A stretch of DNA of 32,000 nt from contig NC_006833.1 of NCBI RefSeq assembly GCF_000008385.1, positions 150,001-182,000 of the forward strand, written 5' to 3'. The stretch is from Wolbachia endosymbiont strain TRS of Brugia malayi. GTDB taxonomy: Bacteria; Pseudomonadota; Alphaproteobacteria; Rickettsiales; Anaplasmataceae. Of this stretch, positions 19,618-29,188 are shown in pieces (position 1 is the first letter of the stretch; each line of letters opens with the position of its first letter). The position numbers and the translations under genes are program-made. The notes beneath the pieces are model-generated. The model saw nothing but the letters and a program-made list of their open reading frames with translations, made no database searches and was not told where the DNA came from.

Positions 19618-21045
19618 TTAAAAATCAATCAAATCTTCACATGTCTGCTCTTCATAAAAGAAGTTTAACGTTATTGTAGTACCAAGTTTTGCTTCGCTTT
19701 TGATGTTGAAAGTGCCACCCATTAATTCTACTAATTTTTTACTAAGTGGTAATCCAATACCAGTACCTTCATTTCTATATCCTGAATCTGCTTGGCCAAA
19801 AACAGACATAACTTTATATATGTCTTGCTGCATTATCCCTATCCCATTGTCATGAAATTCAATAGTCAATAAGTTTTTTTCTATGTTTTCCTTAATCACC
19901 ATTCTTATTAAACCATCCTTAGGAGTAAACTTGATTGAATTTGATAATAAGTTTATTATAACTTGTTTCATCCTCTTGGGATCTGCGATAACTAGTAATT
20001 GTCTATTAGGTATCTCCTTCTCTAAACTAATCCCGGTTTCTTTTAATTTAGGTGACAGCATATTTAAGCACGAATCTATTATCTTGTTCAGGTTAAACTT
20101 CACTTTTTCTACTGTTAAACTACTTGATTCAGCCTTTGAAAAATCTAATACATCATTAATTAAAGCAAGCAAGTGTGTTCCTGCGTTATATATATCGTCC
20201 ACATACTCCTTGTATTGATAGTTATCCATTGAACCCAAGGTTTCATTTTTGATCAATTCTGCAAATCCAATAATAGCGTTAAGAGGTGTGCGCAGCTCAT
20301 GTGTGACACTTGCGAAAAACTTTAGCTTATTCGTATTCTCTTGCTCTAATGCTTCTTTCATTTGTTGTAATTCAATATTAGTTTTATGTTGCTTGACTAG
20401 CATTTGGGTATTAGAAAAATGCAAGTAAAGCATTACTAATATTAAAATTATTAATAATAATCCTAAAAATGTTAAAAACAGGCTATATACCATAACGTAA
20501 AAGTTGTCGTGGTTTTGAATAATCTTCAAAAAAAATGATGGCTTAGTGTCATTTTCATGAAATATGGGAAAAATAGAAATTAGTGTATGTCCTATAGTGT
20601 AAAATATCTCTTGATTATTTAGTAATTTATCAATTTCATCGTTTGTAAGTAACTGCTCATAATCATGATCTTGAGTGTTAAAGTGACTGAATATTATTCT
20701 ACTATTTTGATCATATAGTATTAAGCCCAGGTCCTTCACTTCACCAACTGATTGTAACAATTCAGCACGCAGTTTTACCAGTTGGTTTATATAATCAAAA
20801 CTTTTGTATTTAATGTGATGTTTTTCTATCAGTAGGTAATGGTACTTTTTTATTATGCTATTTTCCAGTACACTTTTTAAGCTTACACTTGAATCACGGT
20901 AAGAAGAAAGAAAATTATCCCTTAGCGAATAATTACAATATATCACGCTAAATAAAATCACAAAAATTGATGAGAATAATACAATAACTTTTGTATATTT
21001 ATTCGCCTTTAGTGCAGAAAGTATTAATTTACTTATCTTATACAT
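19618..21045 (-). CDS. Membrane sensor histidine kinase (HisKA + HATPase_c; PleC-like), no adjacent response regulator
   Basis: 475-aa ORF. Two TM segments flank a sensor region of about 150 aa. H-box FASVTHELRTPLNAIIGFAELI, N-box NLLSNSIKFT, G-boxes DNGIGI and GTGIGL. Confidence 0.85.
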   Translation of the reverse strand: MYKISKLILSALKANKYTKVIVLFSSIFVILFSVIYCNYSLRDNFLSSYRDSSVSLKSVLENSIIKKYHYLLIEKHHIKYKSFDYINQLVKLRAELLQSVGEVKDLGLILYDQNSRIIFSHFNTQDHDYEQLLTNDEIDKLLNNQEIFYTIGHTLISIFPIFHENDTKPSFFLKIIQNHDNFYVMVYSLFLTFLGLLLIILILVMLYLHFSNTQMLVKQHKTNIELQQMKEALEQENTNKLKFFASVTHELRTPLNAIIGFAELIKNETLGSMDNYQYKEYVDDIYNAGTHLLALINDVLDFSKAESSSLTVEKVKFNLNKIIDSCLNMLSPKLKETGISLEKEIPNRQLLVIADPKRMKQVIINLLSNSIKFTPKDGLIRMVIKENIEKNLLTIEFHDNGIGIMQQDIYKVMSVFGQADSGYRNEGTGIGLPLSKKLVELMGGTFNIKSEAKLGTTITLNFFYEEQTCEDLIDF

Positions 21046-21110
21046 ATCCTTCTCATTGTGAAATAACGGCTTTTATGTTATTAATTTAGAATTCAGCGTA
21101 TCATACTTTT

Positions 21111-22304
21111 ATGACAATTTCTCCTATCTTGCCAGTTTATTCTCCTATTAATATAAATTTTTCTTATGGAAAAGGCATTTACTTATATAATATTGATGGT
21201 AAGCGCTACATAGATTTTCATTCTGGGATAGCTGTCAGTAGCTTAGGTCACACTAATTTGCAATTAACTAGCGTTCTTAATTTGCAAGGAGAAAGGCTAT
21301 GGCATATATCAAATACCTATAATATACCTACTGCTAATAACTTTGCAGAAAAATTAATAAACAACAGTTTTGCTGATACTGTATTTTTCGCAAATTCTGG
21401 ATCAGAGGCAGTAGAGTGCGGGCTAAAGATTGCTAGGGTTTACCAAAATGGAAAAGGTAATAAAAACCGCTATAGAATTTTAACATTTCATGGTGCATTT
21501 CATGGAAGAACCTTCTTAACTTGTGCTACAAACGATAAACGGAAATTTTCTGAATTACTGAATCCCTACATTGACTGGTGTGATAACATCGAGCCCAATA
21601 TCGAAAGCGTAAAGAAAGCAATTTCTAATGATATAGGAGTAATGCTAATAGAACCAATACAAGGACAAGGCGGTATTAAAGTAATGAACGATGCCTTTAT
21701 GAAAGAACTAAGAAAGCTGTGTGATGAGAATGACATATTGCTATTTTTTGATTGCATACAATGTGGTACTGGTAGAACAGGAAAATTATTTGCATACGAA
21801 CATATAGGAGTGAAACCTGATATATGTGCTCTTGCAAAAGGAATAGGAGGCGGTTTTCCATTAGGAGTTTGTCTTGCAACTGAGAAGGCTGCACAATATA
21901 TAACAGTTGGCATGCACGGTTCCACTTTTGGTGGTAATCCACTCGCAACTTCAGTAGGCAATGCTGTACTTGATAAATTACTCAGCCCTGGCTTTCTAGG
22001 AAATGTTGAGATCAGGGGTAAGCATTTAAAAAATAAACTAGAAGACCTGGCAAGTAAATTTCCAATAATAGAAGAAGTAAGAGGGAAGGGGTTGATGCTT
22101 GGAATAAAAGTGAAAATGGATAATCAAAAGTTTGCAGGCGAGCTAAGTCATCGTGGCTTGCTTACTGTTGGAGCAACATCAGATAATGTTGTAAGGATTT
22201 TTCCTCCACTCATTATCACTGAAAAAGAAATTGATGAAGGCATTGAGATTCTGACTCAATATTTGTCTGAGAAATCTTCCGACCCATATCAATATGAAAG
22301 ATAA
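21111..22304 (+). CDS. argD: Class III pyridoxal-phosphate aminotransferase (acetylornithine / succinyldiaminopimelate aminotransferase type)
   Basis: 397-aa [36 protein letters not shown], and [13 protein letters not shown] with the PLP lysine. Confidence 0.85.
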   Translation: MTISPILPVYSPININFSYGKGIYLYNIDGKRYIDFHSGIAVSSLGHTNLQLTSVLNLQGERLWHISNTYNIPTANNFAEKLINNSFADTVFFANSGSEAVECGLKIARVYQNGKGNKNRYRILTFHGAFHGRTFLTCATNDKRKFSELLNPYIDWCDNIEPNIESVKKAISNDIGVMLIEPIQGQGGIKVMNDAFMKELRKLCDENDILLFFDCIQCGTGRTGKLFAYEHIGVKPDICALAKGIGGGFPLGVCLATEKAAQYITVGMHGSTFGGNPLATSVGNAVLDKLLSPGFLGNVEIRGKHLKNKLEDLASKFPIIEEVRGKGLMLGIKVKMDNQKFAGELSHRGLLTVGATSDNVVRIFPPLIITEKEIDEGIEILTQYLSEKSSDPYQYER

Positions 22305-22800
22305 TTTAGTATGCATGGGAATCATTACTTCTCCTCATGGAATTAAAGGAGCTGTTAAAGTCAAAATTTTCACTGAAAAACCTGAAAATATCTCATTATA
22401 TGGTAAGCTAATAAGTGGTAGTAAGAATTATGACATAGACTCAGTGTCTGTCATAGGTGAAAATTTAGTAATCGCTACAATAAATGGAGTAAATTCTCGC
22501 AACGAAGCAGAGTTTTTAAGAAATAAGAAACTATACGTAGAAAGAAACAAGCTACTAAAGTTAAATGATGAGAATGAATTCTACCAAAGTGATCTTGTAA
22601 ACATGGAAATAAGGCTGGAAAATGACGAATTATATGGCTACATAAAATCTATATATAATTTCGGTTCAGGAGACATATTGGAAATTTCAGTTATCAGTAC
22701 AAAAAAGAACATTATGCTACCATTTACTAAAGAGATATTTCCATATGTAAACATAAAGGAAAGGTATATTACGCTCAATATGCCGGAGTTTATTGGTTAA
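22294..22800 (+). CDS. rimM: Ribosome maturation factor RimM
   Basis: 168-aa ORF. N-terminal [20 protein letters not shown] and a C-terminal PRC-barrel-like ILEI...MLPF. It overlaps the argD end by 11 nt. Confidence 0.85.
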   Translation: MKDNLVCMGIITSPHGIKGAVKVKIFTEKPENISLYGKLISGSKNYDIDSVSVIGENLVIATINGVNSRNEAEFLRNKKLYVERNKLLKLNDENEFYQSDLVNMEIRLENDELYGYIKSIYNFGSGDILEISVISTKKNIMLPFTKEIFPYVNIKERYITLNMPEFIG

Positions 22801-22863
22801 TAAAGGCTTTGATATTTATATAAAAGCCATTTATAATCGTAAGATCAAACTGAAAATGTAATT

Positions 22864-23430
22864 ATGGCAGAAAGAGCTAATGATATCCGGCCAGGTCAAG
22901 TGTTGGAACATAATGGTGGATTATTTTTGGTTGTAAGTATCATGCATACTCAACCCGGTAAAGGTGGTGCATACATACAAGCCGAAATGAAAAACATCAA
23001 AACCGGAGCAAAACTCTACGAAAGGTTCCGTTCTGATGCAACAATTAGAAGGGCAATTTTAGATGAGGAAGAATATATTTATCTCTTTACTGAAGGAAAT
23101 ATTGTGAATCTTATGCATCCAAGTAACTACGAGCAGATCACTATAAATTTGGACTTATTGGAAGAAAAAAAGATTTATTTACAGGATAATATGAGAATTA
23201 AGGTAGTAACCTACCAAGATAAAATAATCTTTGCGCATGTGCCAGATTATGTAAGATTGACTGTAAAAGAAACAGAGTCTTTTATTAAAGGGCAGACTAT
23301 TACTTCCTCTTATAAACCAGCAGTTTTGGAAAATGGAATGCGCATTAATGTTCCTCAATTTATAAAAGAAGAGGACAAAATTGTAGTATATACTCCAGAT
23401 GATAGCTATTACGAAAGAGTGAAAGAGTAA
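22864..23430 (+). CDS. efp: Translation elongation factor P
   Basis: 188-aa ORF. IRPGQVLEHNGGLFLVV...HTQPGKGGAYIQAEMKNIKTG. Confidence 0.95.
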   Translation: MAERANDIRPGQVLEHNGGLFLVVSIMHTQPGKGGAYIQAEMKNIKTGAKLYERFRSDATIRRAILDEEEYIYLFTEGNIVNLMHPSNYEQITINLDLLEEKKIYLQDNMRIKVVTYQDKIIFAHVPDYVRLTVKETESFIKGQTITSSYKPAVLENGMRINVPQFIKEEDKIVVYTPDDSYYERVKE

Positions 23431-23438
23431 AAGGAAGA

Positions 23439-24137
23439 ATGTCCATTTCATCACCAAGGATTAACGTGATGCTTGATTCTGTGCGCAGTGCTTCTAAGCA
23501 GCTTATGCGTGATTTCAATGAATTGCAAATTTCCAATGTTAAGTCAGCAGACTTTATCAATAAAACTTACTCAAGATCTAAGCAAACTATATACAATTGC
23601 TTGCATGATTACAAACAAGACTATGGTTTCATCTTTGAAGACGATATTGATCAAGAAGCAAAAGAGAAGGATTATACTTGGTTTATCATGCCTATAGAGG
23701 GCAGGGAAAATTTTTCTAGTCGCATGGTTTATTTTGCAGTATCAGTTTGTCTTGTTCACAAAAATAAAGTTGTGGCAGCTGTAGTTAATACTCCTGCTCT
23801 TAGAGAAACTTTTTGGGCAGAAGAAAAGAAAGGGGCTTTTCTTGAAGACTTTAGATCTCGTCATATAAAAATGAGAATGAAAAGTCATGAAGGGAGTTTA
23901 ATAGATGTAAGTGGTAATTTGTTAAATAAATTACTTCCAGGTAACAGTAATATACGTTCTGTCGGCTCAACAGTTTTAGGTTTTACATACCTTGCTGCAG
24001 GAAGATACAGTGGAATAGTCTACTCTGGAGTTAACAAATATAAGGCTTTGCTAGGTAGACTTCTTCTCCAAGAAAGCGCTGGCAGACTAACGGAAGACAA
24101 TGGATTTATCATTGCTGGAGATGTTAAGCTAACATAA
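23439..24137 (+). CDS. suhB: Inositol monophosphatase/SuhB family protein with degenerate active-site motifs
   Basis: 232-aa ORF. It is collinear with SuhB (N-terminal helix, ...GFIFEDDI..., [12 protein letters not shown] in place of W-x-DP-DGT-NF, [27 protein letters not shown]). Confidence 0.7.
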   Translation: MSISSPRINVMLDSVRSASKQLMRDFNELQISNVKSADFINKTYSRSKQTIYNCLHDYKQDYGFIFEDDIDQEAKEKDYTWFIMPIEGRENFSSRMVYFAVSVCLVHKNKVVAAVVNTPALRETFWAEEKKGAFLEDFRSRHIKMRMKSHEGSLIDVSGNLLNKLLPGNSNIRSVGSTVLGFTYLAAGRYSGIVYSGVNKYKALLGRLLLQESAGRLTEDNGFIIAGDVKLT

Positions 24138-25331
24138 ACAAGCTACAGAAACAGACAATTTCACAAAAACTTTTATAAGCGACTCTGTTAAATGTTCTAT
24201 CATTTCATCGGTATGATAAGGTGTAGGAGTAATGCGAAAACGCTCAGTTCCTCTTGGAACCGTCGGGTAATTTATATGTTGAACATATACTCCATACTCA
24301 TCAAATAATAATTTTGATGCCCTTTTGGATAACTCTGGATCGCCAATTATTATTGGAATTATATGAGTTTCTGTTGGAATAAAATTAATTCCCACACTGC
24401 TCAGCGAGTTTTTTACTTTTTCAACAACTTGTCTTTGCTTTTCCCTTTCAACATTGCTTGATTTTAGATGTTCAACGCTTGCCTTTGCCGCTGCTGCTAA
24501 AACAGGCGACATAGCAGTAGTGAAAATGAATCCTGGAGCAGAACTTCTTATTACATCCACCAAGCTCTTTGAAGACGCTATATATCCACCCATTACTCCA
24601 AACGCTTTTGATAATGTACCTTGAATAACGGTCACTCTGTCCATTAGACCTTCTCTTTCCGCAATTCCACCACCGCGTAGACCATACATGCCAATTGCGT
24701 GTACCTCATCCAAGTAGGTAATTGCATTATATTGATCTGCCAGGTTACATATTTCTCTTAGCGGTGCTATATCGCCATCCATTGAATATATGGACTCAAA
24801 CGCTATTATTTTTGGCGTTTTTCTGTCTACAGACTTTAACAATTGTTCTAAGTGGTCAACATTATTATGCTTAAATATATGTTTCGGTCTTTTTCCTGAT
24901 TTTATGCCTTCTATCATCGAAGAATGGTTTTTCTCATCTGAAAAAATTACTACATCAGGAATAACAGACGATAAAGTGCTAAGTGTAGTTTGATTAGCAA
25001 GGTAGCCACAAGCAAAAGTTAAAGCAGCCTCCTTGTTATGCAAACAAGCTAGTGATTGTTCTAGTTCGACAACTTCTTTCGTTGTACCAGATATATTTCT
25101 TGTTCCCCCTGCACCAACTGACGAATTTTGAATAGCGGCAACAACACTCTCATTTTGTGACATCCCCAAGTAGTTATTACTGCACCAAACGATGACTTCC
25201 CTATTTCTTTCACAATCCATAATATAGGGAAGCCTGCCAGGCAACGACGCAAAATGCGTGAATTCACGATAGCGCCCTTCTTCTTTTATATCTTTGATTT
25301 TGTTTAAGAATATTTCTTCGTAGTCTACCAA
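24129..25331 (-). CDS. hemA: 5-aminolevulinate synthase (alphaproteobacterial C4 heme pathway)
   Basis: 400-aa ORF with a TTG start. [41 protein letters not shown], and GTLSKAFG with the PLP lysine. Confidence 0.93.
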   Translation of the reverse strand: MVDYEEIFLNKIKDIKEEGRYREFTHFASLPGRLPYIMDCERNREVIVWCSNNYLGMSQNESVVAAIQNSSVGAGGTRNISGTTKEVVELEQSLACLHNKEAALTFACGYLANQTTLSTLSSVIPDVVIFSDEKNHSSMIEGIKSGKRPKHIFKHNNVDHLEQLLKSVDRKTPKIIAFESIYSMDGDIAPLREICNLADQYNAITYLDEVHAIGMYGLRGGGIAEREGLMDRVTVIQGTLSKAFGVMGGYIASSKSLVDVIRSSAPGFIFTTAMSPVLAAAAKASVEHLKSSNVEREKQRQVVEKVKNSLSSVGINFIPTETHIIPIIIGDPELSKRASKLLFDEYGVYVQHINYPTVPRGTERFRITPTPYHTDEMIEHLTESLIKVFVKLSVSVACLC

Positions 25332-25685
25332 GTTTTTATCTATTAATAATCAATACAATTATAATAAGTTATTCAATGGTAGACTACTATATTTATTCCC
25401 TAGTTTACTATTGTACAGCAACTCCCTCTTTAACAAAGAGATCGACTTTACCTTCTTTTTAAAGCAAACTTAAAGGCTCATTATAATAGTATATAATTAC
25501 AGCAGCAATTAGACACAACAAGCTGCAACTAATATTTTCACTGCCAACATCTCTAAGTGATAAGATCTGAAGAGTCATCACTAAGCTCACCATCATCTAT
25601 TATAAAACTCTGTGATAAAATTAGCAATGAAAAGGATTTAAATAGTGATGAAGGCGGTAGTAAACTTTATTTACCATCTTTACTT

Positions 25686-28099
25686 TCAAGTTGACCAATT
25701 ACTATCCCACATATTTGCTGTAGTTACCACAGGCCCTTCAGTTGTATGTACATTGTCAATATTTGAAGAAATACTAGATAATGGCACTGAATTTCCCGGC
25801 TATATATTTTGCATACTGCTGTTACTTTCGAGTGCGGAATCCTCCTTAACTATATCCTCAGAAGAAATTTCAACACAGTCACTATTGCTATTTTCAGTAT
25901 CACTTTTAGGTAATTTGACGAAACTTGAAGAACTGCCATTGCTCCCAGCATCATTCGCAGAACGCTTTTATGAAAGTCGTGGTGAATCCCGCAGATCGGG
26001 TTTACTGCCAAGCTCTAACTTATCATCTATTTGCAATATCACCTGTTCAGTAGGCTTACCAGTAGCTGGTTTTTTCTTTTTACTACTTGTAGTAGCACCA
26101 ACATCTTCATCATCCACTGATGATGCAGCAATATTATCACCTATGTTCTTAAGCTTTTCTTCAAGAAATTCTCTAATCTTATAAGCTCCTTTTAGATTTC
26201 TTATCTTTCTTATCAACCTCTACCTGATGCAGCTTCTTCTAAAGCTTTACTTAAAATAAGTTGTATTATATCATCGCTCCTTGTTTCACTAAACGTTTCA
26301 CTTTTTTGAAATTGGTATTCTAGATAGCATCAGACAGTCTTTCTTTTATGCTTTTCGTATTTTAATCATCACTATGCATTTTGCTTCCCTCATGGTTATT
26401 GCCTATAGGCTTCTCCTTTTGAAGCACCTTCATTGTTCACAATATTTTTTCTGCTAGCAGCCGTCAGCACTTTTGGGCTCTGGGCTTTGCAATTGTTCAT
26501 CATCCGCCTCATCCACTGCTTGGTTTAGGGTTGCAGGTTTATCTACTAAGTCACTATCAAGTTGCATATTATTAAATTTACCCTCAAGAAAGCCTAATAT
26601 TTTAGTAAGAACTTGCTTCTCACTTTCCAATCCACCTGGATATTCACTTATATGACTTTTATGTTTCACGTAGTATTTTGCATGTTCTATAATTTCTTCA
26701 GTTATAACAGTATCTTTACTCACAAAAAATTTTACTATTTCAAAACTAGTTGTTGCAATAGCTTCTTTAAGTTCCTCCTCACAATAGCTCCCCTTTCAAG
26801 AAGTAATCTTTAACTACTTCCCATGTCTGACCGTTCTTGTATACTCTATCTCTTTGGATAGCCGAGGATAAGTGAGTATTATAACCGTTCTGGATTTCAA
26901 TATTAGCACTAATATCATGATTGAACAGAAGTATTAGAAAGTTCAAATCACTATTTGTAATAGCCCTGCTTAAAGGTGTCTTATCGCTATTCTTAGTATT
27001 AATATCAACACCTTTTACAAGAAGCTTTTTAGCTGTGTCATAATTTCTATTTTCAATAGCATAATACAAAGGTGTTTTACTATTTAAAGCTTTAAGGATT
27101 TTGTAATCTCTGACTCATTAGTAGGCAGTGTGTCACTTTCACGACTTGATTTTGGCCTTGTTCCTATCAAATCTAAAGCTGTCTTACCATTTTGATCTTT
27201 AATATTCCAATCAGCTCCCTCTTTCACAAGCAGTTTCATTATTTCAAACTTACCATTGTAGGCAGCCCAACGTAAAGCTGTTTTACCATATTCCCTATCT
27301 TTATATCAACCTCAACACCATTCTTAATAAGCAAGCTTACTAAATTATCGCGTGTTACAGCATAATGCAAAAGTGTATTTTCTAAATTGTCTATACTATT
27401 AATATAAACAACTTCATGGTTAATAATAATCTTTGTTACATTAAATTTACCACAGTGAATCACAAAATGTAAAGGGATCGAGCTATAGCCTGGGTAAATA
27501 TAATCAAAGTTTAATATTTTGAAGTAATTCCAGTACTTTAATCATACATTCCATATTTTTAATAGACAACGCTCTCTCTAATATAGAGAACACTTCAAAA
27601 TATTCCTTTGCATTACCTAACTTATTTCTTAAATCTTTTAATAAAATATCAATATATACTTGTCCACTAACACTAATAAGTAGCCTACCTAAATCTTCAT
27701 CTTTGCATGAATAATATATCCTTATTTGCATTTGCATACTTTTCTACAAGTGAATCATCAGCTGCAATTGCTAATAGTACAAGTTTTTTCACTGAATAAT
27801 AACTTCTACCATTTTCCTCGTTAAAAATTTTGCTTACCAGCATTTCATGCATAGATCTATGATGATCTGTTCGTGCTGTTAAATTAAGTTATTCAGAGCA
27901 AAAATTCCTCAAATTATCACGATCAAAATCAGTGACAGTTCTATCATCTTTCTTACCTTCTCTTATACTATTTATAACTTTATCTAAATCCGTGTAATTA
28001 TTATGATTTTTTGCTTTATTTATGACATCTACTAACTCATCAAAGGTAAAACTTTCAGCGATGATAGAAAACTCCTCAATATCATGTCTTAGTTCTACA
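25686..28099 (-). pseudogene. Ankyrin-repeat protein gene, heavily eroded (at least about 10 frameshifts or in-frame stops)
   Basis: The minus-strand reading hops frames. It begins with a helical N-region (VELRHDIEEFSIIAESF...CSE, in-frame TAA near 27889-27891, LNLTARTDHH...). The ANK repeats read PLHFVIHCGKFNVTKIII, NTLLHYAVTRDNLVSLLIKNGVEVDIK, shift, DREYGKTALRWAAYNGKFEIMKLLVKEGADWNIKDQNGKTALDL, shift, SKTPLYYAIENRNYDTAKKLLVKGVDINTKNSDKTPLSRAI. It ends in a long acidic/Ser-rich tail with in-frame TAA (25968-25970) and TAG (25800-25802), terminating at TGA 25686-25688. Confidence 0.75.
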
Positions 28100-28654
28100 T
28101 TACTTTTGGTCTTGGGGCCACACCCAATCAGTTGCCATCCCTATAGGAACTTCTACAATACCTGCTAATGTGCCTACAACATTGTTAACAATACCCTGGA
28201 TCAGCAACTGCTCTTCTGTTGTACCACCATACTCTGTGCTATCAAGTATTTGTACTGGAGCATCATCATCTTTATTGATAATAGATGAACCATCGACATT
28301 TAAATCTTCCGGATTTATAATAAATGACTTAAGGCCATCAGCAATTTTGTCCACAAGGCATTCAACAACTTCATTATCAGTATCTTTAAAATGTTCATTG
28401 ATATCACCTAGTAAACTTTTGCCATTGGCTTTGCAATTCTTTAATTGCTCAGGAATAGTGAGTGTTACTTTACTGTTTTTATACTCTACTTTACCATTTT
28501 GAAATTTAAGTGTGAATTCTAGCTTACTACTAGATTTGTATTGTTCCAATTGTTCTGGATCTAAATTTTTTACAACTATAACATCACTATATTCAACACT
28601 TACAGAATCTGCACTATTATAACAAAGATTTATCATTTTTTCAGGAATTGTCAT
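28100..28654 (-). CDS. Hypothetical protein (orphan); possibly the detached N-terminal part of the downstream ankyrin-repeat gene
   Basis: Intact 184-aa ORF with an ATG start. No motif I recognise. The hydrophobic C-terminal stretch is GIVNNVVGTLAGIVEVPIGMATDWVW. The next coding signal continues in another frame immediately after its stop, without an obvious start codon. Confidence 0.45.
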   Translation of the reverse strand: MTIPEKMINLCYNSADSVSVEYSDVIVVKNLDPEQLEQYKSSSKLEFTLKFQNGKVEYKNSKVTLTIPEQLKNCKANGKSLLGDINEHFKDTDNEVVECLVDKIADGLKSFIINPEDLNVDGSSIINKDDDAPVQILDSTEYGGTTEEQLLIQGIVNNVVGTLAGIVEVPIGMATDWVWPQDQK

Positions 28655-28687
28655 TATTAAATAATATTGAGCAAGTATAAGCTAAAT

Positions 28688-28996
28688 TTATTCATATATT
28701 GCAAATTCATATCCCGCTTGATTGCAATTGATAACTAATTTTTCCAGTATACGGTTATTTGGAACTTCTGCTTTAGCATATTCAAACATTCCTGTAAAAA
28801 CTCTCTTAGCAAACAGGCGGTAATCTTCGCTTCCATTTGGAATTAAGTAATTGTTCTCACCATATAATCTGATAATATACTCTTTATCTACTATTTTTCC
28901 ATTAATCATAAAATTCATTCTGTTCAAGTCAAATCGTGCTTGCTTGCCAGAATTTGCATTTTTATTATCCTTATTTACCTTTACTCTACTGAGCAA
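28688..28996 (-). CDS. Hypothetical protein (orphan), probably 5'-damaged
   Basis: 102-aa ORF that begins at a TTG. Coding-like sequence continues upstream in two other frames back to an ATG at 29148 (MTNQQILWIQAGRK / VGINQGTAEIKEHYHYKD / PDQGSSTAITLEFQLTQS...), which suggests a gene of about 150 aa with two frameshifts. It lies 33 nt upstream of the 184-aa ORF. Confidence 0.35.
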   Translation of the reverse strand: MLSRVKVNKDNKNANSGKQARFDLNRMNFMINGKIVDKEYIIRLYGENNYLIPNGSEDYRLFAKRVFTGMFEYAKAEVPNNRILEKLVINCNQAGYEFAIYE

Positions 28997-29188
28997 AGAT
29001 TGTGTTAGTTGAAATTCTAACGTAATTGCTGTGCTAGAACCTTGATCAGGTTAATCTTTGTAATGGTAATGTTCTTTAATTTCAGCTGTTCCTTGATTTA
29101 TACCTACTTTCTCCCAGCTTGAATCCAGAGAATTTGTTGATTAGTCATATTTACCACTCACTATAAATTAGCCTAATTTAGAATAGCA

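Noticed and set aside
25645-26184. 179-aa plus-strand ORF (MMKAVVNFIYHLYF...)
   Set aside because: It lies exactly antisense to the Ser/Asp/Glu-rich tail of the minus-strand ankyrin pseudogene. Its Leu/Ser/Phe-rich composition is what that tail yields on the opposite strand, it has no recognisable motif, and the minus-strand reading is continuous with upstream ANK repeats. I treat it as a shadow ORF.
28640-28745. Weak resemblance between the C-terminus of the 102-aa ORF (ILEKLVINCNQAGYEFAIYE) and the N-terminus of the 184-aa ORF (IPEKMINLCYNSADSVSVEY)
   Set aside because: The match needs gaps, is short, and lies in low-complexity AT-rich coding sequence. I cannot distinguish it from chance without a statistical alignment.
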